30,333 nucleotides of DNA from a virus. Taxonomy: Duplodnaviria > Heunggongvirae > Uroviricota > Caudoviricetes. The notes below the pieces were generated by a model that was not told where the DNA came from, did not search any database, and saw only the letters and a list, made by a program, of their open reading frames with translations. This document shows positions 15,168 to 22,542 of the stretch, one piece after another. Position 1 is the stretch's first letter. Each line of letters opens with the position of its first letter. The translations under genes and the position numbers were made by a program. The DNA is taken from IMG/VR virus record IMGVR_UViG_2645727946_000002; one strand, written 5' to 3'.

Positions 15168-15570
15168 GTACTTCTCGCAGCGCGTTGAACGCGTCGGCCG
15201 GAATGCCGCTGCGATCCGCGTCCTCGATTGCATCAATCAGCAACCGTGCGGCATCGCTTCGACTTGTCCGTCGAGGAGCGATGGCAGCATGCGATGGTGC
15301 GGGCGTATCGGCTGCTGCAGGCATTCCCGCATTTCGGAAATCGTAAGTCCGGAGTTGTTCAACCGATACCCCGAAATGTTCCGCTATCGGTTGGATCGAC
15401 GCAGTCTTCGGGTCGAGGCTTTCACCGATAACAATTCGATGGATTGTCGATTGCAGGGATTTTGTCCCTTTTTTTTGGCCGAGCAGCTTGCCCAAATCAT
15501 TTGCGTTCGTGTTGGCCCTTTCCATTAGCCAATCAATGTTGCTTGCTATCAGGGTCTTGAAGGTCATCAT
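15100..15570 (-). CDS. cI: CI-like XRE repressor lacking the S24 peptidase domain (156 aa)
   Basis: N-terminal HTH (NANDLGKLL...QSTIHRIVIGESLDPKTASIQPIAEHFGVSVEQL). Divergent from cro across the operators. The C-terminus is short and helical, with no Ser/Lys peptidase motifs. Confidence 0.85.
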   Translation of the reverse strand: MMTFKTLIASNIDWLMERANTNANDLGKLLGQKKGTKSLQSTIHRIVIGESLDPKTASIQPIAEHFGVSVEQLRTYDFRNAGMPAAADTPAPSHAAIAPRRTSRSDAARLLIDAIEDADRSGIPADAFNALREVLRILRGGAQPRVGRAGIEDPTQ

Positions 15571-15576
15571 GGTGGC

Positions 15577-15652
15577 AGTATGCAAAGGCGCATAGCGCGC
15601 CTCAAGAAATAATGCGTAAACGCATTGACAGCTATGCGGTATCGCATACAAT
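15577..15652. promoter_or_regulatory. OR with three operators, PR and PRM
   Basis: ATGC(G/A)-N4-CGCAT at 15580-15593, 15612-15625 and 15634-15647. PR is TTGACA (15625-15630)-N16-TACAAT (15647-15652). PRM on the minus strand is TTGAGG (15605-15600)-N17-CATACT (15582-15577). Confidence 0.88.
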
Positions 15653-15658
15653 GGCGGT

Positions 15659-15868
15659 ATGGACACTCCAACTACCGCTTCAGCGCTTCTCGGCGACATC
15701 CGAATCCGACGTGGACTCACTGAAGTCGCGATAGCGCGTCGCCTCAACGTTTCCCAGTCCACCGTTAGTCGAATCCTGCGCGGCAAGTCCGACTGCAAGA
15801 GCAGCACGCTTGTAGCGATCCAAGCGTGGTGGCAAGAGCTCGCTCAACAGAAGGAGCTCGCGGGATGA
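15659..15868 (+). CDS. cro: Cro-like HTH protein (69 aa)
   Basis: HTH TEVAIARRLNVSQSTVSRILRG; first gene after PR. Confidence 0.88.
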   Translation: MDTPTTASALLGDIRIRRGLTEVAIARRLNVSQSTVSRILRGKSDCKSSTLVAIQAWWQELAQQKELAG

Positions 15869-15984
15869 CGCCCTCGGGTTCAATGAAGTAAGGGGCGAAA
15901 TCGCTTTCAGTTATTTTATCTTGTTTGGGTTAACGATATCCTATTTGGCATGCTGTCCCTTACGGGCCAGCGGAAGGAGTCAAC

Positions 15985-16317
15985 GTGACAAATGCTAACG
16001 ACAAGTGCGCTGTGACGATCGAGGCAAGTCCCATTGGAACGGGGCGCGTCTTGATTGATGGTATTGAAGTCCGGTGCGTCCAGAGCGTCAACGCGCGCTT
16101 CCGAGCTGGGCAGGGGCCGGTAGTGGAACTGGGATTGGTCGCTGATGGCGGCACCCAGATCCACTACGACGGCGCGAACCTCTACGTCGAAGAAACTGCC
16201 ATGCCCGCGGCACTCGAAATCGCTCTGTGGAAACACCTCGCGAAGAAGTACGGCCGCGAAATCGACGTTACAACGATGAGTTCGTCGACGCGCGATTACT
16301 GCCTCGTCGGCGACTAG
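15985..16317 (+). CDS. Hypothetical phage protein (110 aa)
   Basis: AAGGAG-N5-GTG start. Confidence 0.75.
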   Translation: MTNANDKCAVTIEASPIGTGRVLIDGIEVRCVQSVNARFRAGQGPVVELGLVADGGTQIHYDGANLYVEETAMPAALEIALWKHLAKKYGREIDVTTMSSSTRDYCLVGD

Positions 16318-16532
16318 ATTCGCGTGATCTCGACGCCGCTTCGCACGAGTCGAAAGACATTTTCCGAGACGCGGTTCAGTGGCTCACCGTTCGAAAGTCG
16401 ATATTCCTTCAGGCCCAACTCGCTGCTCTGTTCAGCGAACGTGCTTGTGTCGATCACGTCCTGGCGGACAACGACGTTGTACTTGTTGCCGCTTTCGTCG
16501 ACTGCTTCGAAACGGTCAGTAATTACGCTCAT
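16314..16532 (-). CDS. Small hypothetical protein (72 aa), antisense to the right operon
   Basis: GGAGACCCA-ATG (MSVITDRFEAVDESGNKYNVVVRQDVI...). Its stop overlaps that of the convergent gene. Confidence 0.65.
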   Translation of the reverse strand: MSVITDRFEAVDESGNKYNVVVRQDVIDTSTFAEQSSELGLKEYRLSNGEPLNRVSENVFRLVRSGVEITRI

Positions 16533-16746
16533 TGGGTCTCCGTTTGTGGCTACTTCGTGGTGTGGAAATCCGAATTCTGCCATGGACGTGAGACCCACCC
16601 ATTTGAACCAAAGCGTGTGTCGCCTGTGGAAAGCGGCGTAGACGCTCAATAGCAACACCCAAGCCATTCACGAATCCTCGTTCAAAGCGTTGAGGATGAG
16701 TTTAGTAGTGCGAATGGTGCGAAAACACGTTTGTTTGGAGGATCGA

Positions 16747-17187
16747 TTGAACATTCTCGATACGGCGCACGCCGTCGCTCACAACTATCCGGGCGGGTGC
16801 GAATCGCTCGCACCGCGCCTCGGTGTATCGCCCGCCGTGCTTCGGAGCAAGGTGAATCCGAACACGGGTACGCACAAGCTCACGCTTCAGGAAGCGGTGC
16901 GCATTGGCGAGGTGACGGACAACGACGCGATTCTCGAAGCGTGGGCGGGCGAGCGCGGCTACGCGCTCGTGAAGTTGCCGAGCGCCGTTGACTGCTGCGA
17001 CGCTGCGATCGTCGAGCTGATGGGCAAGGCGTGGTCGACGCACGGCGACGTCGGGCAGGAGATCGTGAAGACGCTTGAAGACGGCCGTGTCGAGCGGCAC
17101 GAGATCGAGCGCGTGGATCACCGAATCTTCAAGCATGCGCAGGTGCTTCTCGATATCTCCGCGCGGCTGCGTGGCATGGCCGAGTGA
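16747..17187 (+). CDS. cII: Phage regulatory protein CII / YmfL-like (146 aa)
   Basis: TTG start after GGAGGA. Motifs YPGGCESLAPRLGVSPAVLRSKVNP..HKLTLQEA and LEDGRVERHE. Confidence 0.85.
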   Translation: MNILDTAHAVAHNYPGGCESLAPRLGVSPAVLRSKVNPNTGTHKLTLQEAVRIGEVTDNDAILEAWAGERGYALVKLPSAVDCCDAAIVELMGKAWSTHGDVGQEIVKTLEDGRVERHEIERVDHRIFKHAQVLLDISARLRGMAE

Positions 17188-18026
17188 CGTGTATGGCCGA
17201 TGTTTCTCGTCCCGTCCTTCGGTATCACGGTGGCAAGTTCCGTCTGGCACCGTGGATCATTCGACATTTTCCTGCGCATAAGGCTTACGTAGAGCCGTAT
17301 GGCGGTGCCGCGTCGGTACTCATGCGAAAGCCGCGGTCGCATGGCGAGGTCTATAACGATCTCGACGGCGAGATAGTGAATGTGATGCGTGTGCTTCGCG
17401 ACGAAGAAGCTCGACAACGTCTGGCAGAACTCGTCGCCCTGACGCCATACGCCCGGGAGGAATTCGAGCTTGCCTGGACGCAGTGTGACGAACCGGTTGA
17501 GCGAGCGCGCAGAACGCTGATACGTGCCGAGATGGGTTTTGGCTCCGCCGGAGCGACCAAGGGGGCGACAGGGTTTCGCATCGATACGAAGCGCAACTAT
17601 GGTACCGCCATGCACGTCTGGGCGCATGTCCCCGAAAAGCTCGCTCAGTTCGGGCATCGACTGAGGGGGGTATTGATCGAGAATCGGCCGGCGTTGCGAG
17701 TCATTCGTGATCACGATACGCCGTCGACGCTGTTCTATGTCGACCCTCCGTATGTTCACGACACGCGGAAAATGGGCTCAGCATGCTATCGGCACGAGAT
17801 GAGCGACGACGATCATCGTGAGTTGCTTGAGGTCTTGCTCGGGGTTGAAGGCATGGTCGTTCTGAGTGGATATCCGCATCCGCTGTACGACACGATGCTT
17901 GCTCGATGGGAGCGCGTCGAGACGTCGGCCACGATGGCGGCCGGGCGCGGTACTGGAATCCGGACGGAAGTGCTTTGGATTTCACCGCGCGCTGCCCGCA
18001 CCGATCTGTTTCGGGCGGTGGCATGA
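17184..18026 (+). CDS. N6-adenine DNA methyltransferase, D12/Dam class (start 17184 or 17193)
   Basis: LRYHGGK, motif I EPYGGAASV, VYNDLD, catalytic YVDPPY. Confidence 0.93.
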   Translation: MTCMADVSRPVLRYHGGKFRLAPWIIRHFPAHKAYVEPYGGAASVLMRKPRSHGEVYNDLDGEIVNVMRVLRDEEARQRLAELVALTPYAREEFELAWTQCDEPVERARRTLIRAEMGFGSAGATKGATGFRIDTKRNYGTAMHVWAHVPEKLAQFGHRLRGVLIENRPALRVIRDHDTPSTLFYVDPPYVHDTRKMGSACYRHEMSDDDHRELLEVLLGVEGMVVLSGYPHPLYDTMLARWERVETSATMAAGRGTGIRTEVLWISPRAARTDLFRAVA

Positions 18027-19429
18027 ATGGTGTGGCTTTACATTCCATCGAACTTTGCGCCGGCGTCGGCATGCTCGGGGAAGGTGTCAGGACCGCACTC
18101 GAGCATTTTGGAATCGGACATCGAACCGTTTGCTACGTGGAGCGCGAAGCCACTGCTGCCTCGCAACTTGTCGCGCTTATGGAAGCGGGAGCCATTGATC
18201 AGGCGCCTGTCTGGTCTGACCTTCTCGCGTTCGATGGCACAGCATGGCGCGGACGAGTGGATTGCGTCATTGCCGGATTCCCGTGCCAAGACTTATCTGT
18301 GGCCGGGCGCCGTGCCGGTCTCGACGGCAAGCGCTCAGGTCTCTTTTTCAGTGTCCTTAATATCGCCGACGCTTGCGGTGCGTCGCTCCTCGTTTTGGAG
18401 AACGTCTCAGGAATCACTTCTGCCACCGCCTCCGTTGTGGACGAAACGGAAGGCGAACTCGCCGAACGCGCAGCCTCCCGAGTCGTGGGAGAACTGGCCG
18501 ACCGCGGGTGGGATGCGGAATGGACGCATCTACGCGCGTCCGATGTCGGCGGAAGCCATCAGCGCGAGCGTTGGTTCTGTATCGCATGGCGGATGGGCGA
18601 CGCCCGACTGCAACACGTCGAGCTACAGCAACGGCGAGTTTGGCCCAAACATCCGTCAGCAGGTGATCACATGGGCGACGCCGGATGCAAATGCGATGGA
18701 GCGAACGAACCGATCGCCGTCGCCGAATGCCGCCAAGCGTCCGACGCTGGCGTTAGCTGCTCGTGCATGGCCGACGCCGCGCGGGACGGATGGTGCGAAG
18801 GGAGGTCCGAATCAGCACGGCAGTTCGGGCGATCCGATGTTGCCGAGCATGGCGGCGCAGTGGGCAACGCCGAACGTCCCGAACGGCGGGCGTTCAGTGT
18901 CTGCGGACGTAGTGGCGGCACGGGGCAAGACAGCGAACGGCAAGCGACAAGTCGGGCTCGAATCGGAAACGCGTCACTGGCCGACGCCGCGCGCATCGAT
19001 GGCAACGAATGGCAGCGATTCGGGCAGCGCAAGTCGGCAGGCGCAAGGCGCCAATCTCGGACTGAAAGATCAGGTGTCGCAATGGGCGACGCCAACAAGC
19101 AGCGAGAACAGCAATCGGACGACGAAGTTGGCGCCGAGTCACGGGAACGGTCACGGAATAGTGCTTGCCGGGCAGGCCGCGAATCTCTCGACCTTTTTGC
19201 GCCCGGTCCTATCGACGATCGATGGCCGCGAATTATCGCCGACCGACCGGACCTTGCGCCGGCGGTTGAACCCGGCGTTCGCATGCTGGCTAATGGGCTG
19301 GCCTACGTGGTGGACGAATCCCGGAATCACCAACTCCGTCAGGTCGGAAATGGCGTCGTACCGCTCCAAGCTGCGGTCGCAATTGTCACTCTTGCTCGGC
19401 GAGCCGGGCTTTTCGAATGGGGAAAATAA
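18023..19429 (+). CDS. C5-cytosine DNA methyltransferase (468 aa)
   Basis: ATG 18023 (ATGA overlap). Motif I ELCAGVGM, IV AGFPCQDLSVAG, VI ENV, VIII QRERWFCIA, X QLRQVGNGV. A long variable region has MGDA/MADA repeats. Confidence 0.92.
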   Translation: MNGVALHSIELCAGVGMLGEGVRTALEHFGIGHRTVCYVEREATAASQLVALMEAGAIDQAPVWSDLLAFDGTAWRGRVDCVIAGFPCQDLSVAGRRAGLDGKRSGLFFSVLNIADACGASLLVLENVSGITSATASVVDETEGELAERAASRVVGELADRGWDAEWTHLRASDVGGSHQRERWFCIAWRMGDARLQHVELQQRRVWPKHPSAGDHMGDAGCKCDGANEPIAVAECRQASDAGVSCSCMADAARDGWCEGRSESARQFGRSDVAEHGGAVGNAERPERRAFSVCGRSGGTGQDSERQATSRARIGNASLADAARIDGNEWQRFGQRKSAGARRQSRTERSGVAMGDANKQREQQSDDEVGAESRERSRNSACRAGRESLDLFAPGPIDDRWPRIIADRPDLAPAVEPGVRMLANGLAYVVDESRNHQLRQVGNGVVPLQAAVAIVTLARRAGLFEWGK

Positions 19430-20252
19430 CATGGCGAAGAACTCAATCGACGTCTACGGGGCATCGGGCAAGGGCAACGTCCTTTCGATGGACCCCGACA
19501 AGCTGACGCTCGTCACGGACCCGAAGCACCCGCTGTACGACCGGCGCGTACATCAGGCGCCGAACCCGAAGACGGTTCGAAACTACCGCGTGCAGGGCGT
19601 GCTCGAGCCGGTGCTCTTCTACAAAGACCCGGAGACGGGCGAGAACCTCGTGATCGACGGCCGTCGCCGCGTGATCAACGCGCGCGAGCTGAACCGTCAA
19701 CTGATCGATGCGGGCGAAGAGCCGATCACGATTCCAGCGATCCCGAAGCGCGTCATGCGCGACAGCGACAAGTCGTTTGTCGGAATGATGGTCAGCACGA
19801 ACGAGATCCGCGAAGAGGACTCGCCGATCAACCGGGCCGAGAAGATGGCTCGCATGCTCGACGTCGGCCACACCGAGGATGCTATCGCCGTCGCGTTCGG
19901 TGTCGAGGTGCCGACCGTGCGCTCTGCTTTGAAGCTGCTCGACTGCTGCATGGCGGTGCGTGACGCTGTTGAGGCGGAACAGATCACTGTGTCGCACGCG
20001 CTGAAGCTTGCGAAGCTGTCGCCCGACGAGCAACGCGCGAAGGTTCAGGCGTTGATCGATGCCGCTGACGGCAAGGAAGGGCACGCGCGCTCGCGTGCGC
20101 AGAAGGCCGTGCTCGGCGGTACGGCGGCACGCGTACGTCCGCGTAAGCAGATCGAGGCGGCGCTCGCGGAGGCGACGGGCGAGCGCTTGGCGGCGCTGCG
20201 ATGGGTGCTCGGTATTGACGACGCGGAAAGCGCACAGGAGGCCGCCGAATGA
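18027..20252 (+). CDS. Overlapping-frame ORF (WxTP repeats, motif-IX-like LNPAFACWLMGWP) open in frame into the ParB-like gene (741 aa)
   Basis: ORF track shows no stop from 18027 to 20252. Its ATG is 4 nt after the MTase ATG (ATGAATGG). Seven W-[AP]-T-[PA] repeats are present. Confidence 0.55.
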   Translation: MVWLYIPSNFAPASACSGKVSGPHSSILESDIEPFATWSAKPLLPRNLSRLWKREPLIRRLSGLTFSRSMAQHGADEWIASLPDSRAKTYLWPGAVPVSTASAQVSFSVSLISPTLAVRRSSFWRTSQESLLPPPPLWTKRKANSPNAQPPESWENWPTAGGMRNGRIYARPMSAEAISASVGSVSHGGWATPDCNTSSYSNGEFGPNIRQQVITWATPDANAMERTNRSPSPNAAKRPTLALAARAWPTPRGTDGAKGGPNQHGSSGDPMLPSMAAQWATPNVPNGGRSVSADVVAARGKTANGKRQVGLESETRHWPTPRASMATNGSDSGSASRQAQGANLGLKDQVSQWATPTSSENSNRTTKLAPSHGNGHGIVLAGQAANLSTFLRPVLSTIDGRELSPTDRTLRRRLNPAFACWLMGWPTWWTNPGITNSVRSEMASYRSKLRSQLSLLLGEPGFSNGENNMAKNSIDVYGASGKGNVLSMDPDKLTLVTDPKHPLYDRRVHQAPNPKTVRNYRVQGVLEPVLFYKDPETGENLVIDGRRRVINARELNRQLIDAGEEPITIPAIPKRVMRDSDKSFVGMMVSTNEIREEDSPINRAEKMARMLDVGHTEDAIAVAFGVEVPTVRSALKLLDCCMAVRDAVEAEQITVSHALKLAKLSPDEQRAKVQALIDAADGKEGHARSRAQKAVLGGTAARVRPRKQIEAALAEATGERLAALRWVLGIDDAESAQEAAE
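19431..20252 (+). CDS. ParB/Srx-like domain protein (273 aa)
   Basis: Own ATG after GGGGAA. GVLEPVLF...VIDGRRRV is a ParB-N-like motif. An HTH-like region GHTEDAIAVAFGVEVPTVRSALKL follows. Confidence 0.85.
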   Translation: MAKNSIDVYGASGKGNVLSMDPDKLTLVTDPKHPLYDRRVHQAPNPKTVRNYRVQGVLEPVLFYKDPETGENLVIDGRRRVINARELNRQLIDAGEEPITIPAIPKRVMRDSDKSFVGMMVSTNEIREEDSPINRAEKMARMLDVGHTEDAIAVAFGVEVPTVRSALKLLDCCMAVRDAVEAEQITVSHALKLAKLSPDEQRAKVQALIDAADGKEGHARSRAQKAVLGGTAARVRPRKQIEAALAEATGERLAALRWVLGIDDAESAQEAAE

Positions 20253-20509
20253 GTTTCGAGCACCTAAACCGCGCTATGCGCGAGCAGTTCCCGCCGACGG
20301 CCAAGGTGATCCTGATCTTTCTGGCGCGGTTGGCCGACGAGCAGGGGAATTGCGATCCGTCGATCGACGCCATTGCGGAATTCGCGGGCGTGACGCGCGT
20401 GACCGTGTCGTCGACCCTTCGCACGTTGGAGGAGGCCGGTGCGCTGCGCATTACGCGCCGTCCCGGTCATCCGAGCGCCTATCGCTTGACTCTCGGGAGA
20501 GCGTCTTGA
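20249..20509 (+). CDS. Winged-helix (HTH_36-like) protein (86 aa)
   Basis: AKVILIFLARLADEQGNCDPSIDAIAEFAGVTRVTVSSTLRTLEEAG resembles initiator N-domains. ATGA overlap with the upstream gene. Confidence 0.8.
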   Translation: MSFEHLNRAMREQFPPTAKVILIFLARLADEQGNCDPSIDAIAEFAGVTRVTVSSTLRTLEEAGALRITRRPGHPSAYRLTLGRAS

Positions 20510-20655
20510 CTCCGACCGACATCAAAGAGCCCGTTCCGGCGCGCGCTGGCGAAGTGACGCCCGTTGCGGTGACAGCTCGCGCAGCGGCCACGCGTACGTG
20601 TCTGTCATGTGGCGCAAAGACTGACGCTGACGGCGCGTTGCCGTGCGGGCACTGA
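20506..20655 (+). CDS. Small CxxC-containing protein (49 aa)
   Basis: TTGA overlap. Ends CLSCGAKTDADGALPCGH, and its stop abuts the next RBS. Confidence 0.55.
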   Translation: MTPTDIKEPVPARAGEVTPVAVTARAAATRTCLSCGAKTDADGALPCGH

Positions 20656-20662
20656 GGAGCCT

Positions 20663-21655
20663 ATGAGCGTCAAGGTTATGAACGCGGTGTTCGAGCGCTA
20701 TCCGGAAGGCGGCGGCGAGATGATTCTCGCGCTGGCACTTGCGGACCATTCGCACGATGACGGGACGCACATCTATCCGAGCGTCGACAAGTTGGCTGCG
20801 AAGACGCGCCAATCGCCGCGTGCAGTGCAGTACCAGCTTCGCCGGATGCAGCAGTCGGGCTGGCTAATTCTCGTGAGCGAGTCGAAGGGCGGGCGTGGGA
20901 ATACGCGCGAATACCGAATCAATTCGGACTGGATAAACGGTGCAGAACTTGCGCCCATTTCGTCGTGTTCAAAGGGTGCAAAAAATGCACCCAGTGGAAA
21001 GGGTGCAAACGACGACGTAAAGGGTGCAACTGGCGACATAAAGGGTGCAAATCACAGCACTAAAGGGTGCAAAGCTTTTGCACCCGAATCATCAGGAACC
21101 GTCATAGAACCATCAGAGAACCATCAACCCGCGCGGCGTGCGCCGCGAGTTGCGTTGCATGGCGAACTGCGATCAATCGAGCTGCCCGACTGGTTGCCCG
21201 TCGACGCGTGGCTCGACTGGTGCGAGCACCGCGAGGCGAAAGCGGCGGAGAAGTCGGCGCCGTGGACACGCCCGGCGGCGAAAGTGTCGCTGCGCCGCCT
21301 CGAGAAGCTGAGAGAGCTTGGGCATGCCCCGGCGGACTGCATCGACGAAGCGGTATTGCGCGGCTGGACGGGGCTGTTCCCGGTGAAGCCGGACGGCACG
21401 ACGACGAGCGGGCAGGACGTTCCTTCCGACTGGCACAAGAGCGCGCAAGGTGTCACTGACCGCGGTAAGCAACTCGGCATCGAGCAGCGCGAGGGCGAAG
21501 TGTTCATGCGTTTTAAGGCACGCGTCGTCAAGGCGGCCGGCCCAGGCGAGGCGATGGAGGAAATGCTGCGCGAGGCTGCCCGCTTCGGGAATGAGACCTA
21601 CGAGCAGTTGTACCGGTACTTCAACGACATCCCGCGCGATCAGGAGGCGACGTGA
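20663..21655 (+). CDS. Phage replication initiator, lambda O-like (330 aa)
   Basis: GAGGAG RBS. N-terminal HTH (IYPSVDKLAAKTRQSPRAVQYQL), internal iterons, and C-domain LPDWLPVDAWLDWCEHR...RGWTGLF. Confidence 0.9.
   Translation: MSVKVMNAVFERYPEGGGEMILALALADHSHDDGTHIYPSVDKLAAKTRQSPRAVQYQLRRMQQSGWLILVSESKGGRGNTREYRINSDWINGAELAPISSCSKGAKNAPSGKGANDDVKGATGDIKGANHSTKGCKAFAPESSGTVIEPSENHQPARRAPRVALHGELRSIELPDWLPVDAWLDWCEHREAKAAEKSAPWTRPAAKVSLRRLEKLRELGHAPADCIDEAVLRGWTGLFPVKPDGTTTSGQDVPSDWHKSAQGVTDRGKQLGIEQREGEVFMRFKARVVKAAGPGEAMEEMLREAARFGNETYEQLYRYFNDIPRDQEAT
20971..21085. repeat. Replication origin iterons AAAGGGTGCAA x5
   Basis: Copies start at 20971, 20998, 21019, 21040 and 21062 (spacings 27, 21, 21, 22). 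Inverted TGCACCC half-sites lie at 20986 and 21079. Confidence 0.9.
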
Positions 21656-22188
21656 CGAAGCGCGCTTCATGGCCGCTCGTCGTTCCCGAGGGTACGGCGA
21701 TGGTTGGCACGGCACGCGTGCGCGACGACCGAACTATCGGTCGCAGCTTCGCCGAGCGCGAGCTGGCGCGCCGCACGGGCAAGCAGCCGAACTCCGAATT
21801 CGACGAAATCGCATCCGGCGACCTCGACCGGCCACTCTTCACGCCGGTAACGACGGCGAAGCGCTCGAAGTACCGCAACACGAAGTGCGAGCACGACGGC
21901 ATCAGGTTCGACAGCAAGCGCGAGCGGTCGCGATGGTTCGAGTTGATCAAGCAACAAGACGTCGGGCTGATCAGCGGTCTTCGGCGTCAGGTCGTCTTCG
22001 AGCTCGCACCCGGTGTGGTCATCGCAAGTCGGAAGCGCCCGGCGCTGCGTTACATCGCCGACTTCGTCTATACGCGAGACGGAGTGCAGGTCGTCGAGGA
22101 CGTGAAAGGCGCGATCACGGGCGAATACCGGATCAAGCGCCACTTGATGAAGTCGGTACATGACATCGACATTTCTGAAATCAAGTAG
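21652..22188 (+). CDS. DUF1064 family putative PD-(D/E)xK nuclease (178 aa)
   Basis: SKYRNTKCEHDGIRFDSKRE...YIADFVY...VVEDVKG. Confidence 0.88.
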   Translation: MTKRASWPLVVPEGTAMVGTARVRDDRTIGRSFAERELARRTGKQPNSEFDEIASGDLDRPLFTPVTTAKRSKYRNTKCEHDGIRFDSKRERSRWFELIKQQDVGLISGLRRQVVFELAPGVVIASRKRPALRYIADFVYTRDGVQVVEDVKGAITGEYRIKRHLMKSVHDIDISEIK

Positions 22189-22197
22189 GGAGGAGGG

Positions 22198-22542
22198 GTG
22201 ACAACAGCGAGCATGAACCCGCAAGAGCGGCGGATCTGCAACTTCGTGAAGAACAATCCGGGCCGCACGGTGCTCGAGATCGCCGACGCGATCGACGAGA
22301 ACCCGTCGACGACGAAGAAGCGCACGCCGCGGCTGGTCGAGCACGGCTATCTGCGGAAGGTCGGACGTCGGCGGCCATACGGCTATCGATGGACGGGGAA
22401 ACCGTTTCCGGAGGTCATTCTCTCGTGGCGCGATCGTGAGCAGATCCGCGTCGCCGAGCAGCGCAGTGCGCGCGAACGTTCGATTCAGCTCGCTACGTTC
22501 GTTATCGGCGAAATGGTGCGGCGGGCAAGGGGAATCGCATGA
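22198..22542 (+). CDS. Winged-helix protein (start 22198 or 22213)
   Basis: NPGRTVLEIADAIDENPSTTKKRTPRLVEHGYL. GGAGG RBS. Confidence 0.75.
   Translation: MTTASMNPQERRICNFVKNNPGRTVLEIADAIDENPSTTKKRTPRLVEHGYLRKVGRRRPYGYRWTGKPFPEVILSWRDREQIRVAEQRSARERSIQLATFVIGEMVRRARGIA

Noticed and set aside
15571-15807. ORF-track N-terminal extension of cI (235 aa)
   Set aside because: It would run through OR and overlap cro. The HTH begins at ATG 15570, directly after the PRM -10.
18495-19095. CRISPR array or DGR interpretation of the repeats (also iterons and the 11.2-11.4 kb repeats)
   Set aside because: The repeats are short, degenerate and in coding frame, with no cas or reverse-transcriptase gene and no adenine-specific VR/TR pair.
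19443-20084. 213-aa minus-strand ORF and other antisense ORFs over ParB, MTase and nin genes
   Set aside because: They are shadows of supported + strand genes with no independent signals.
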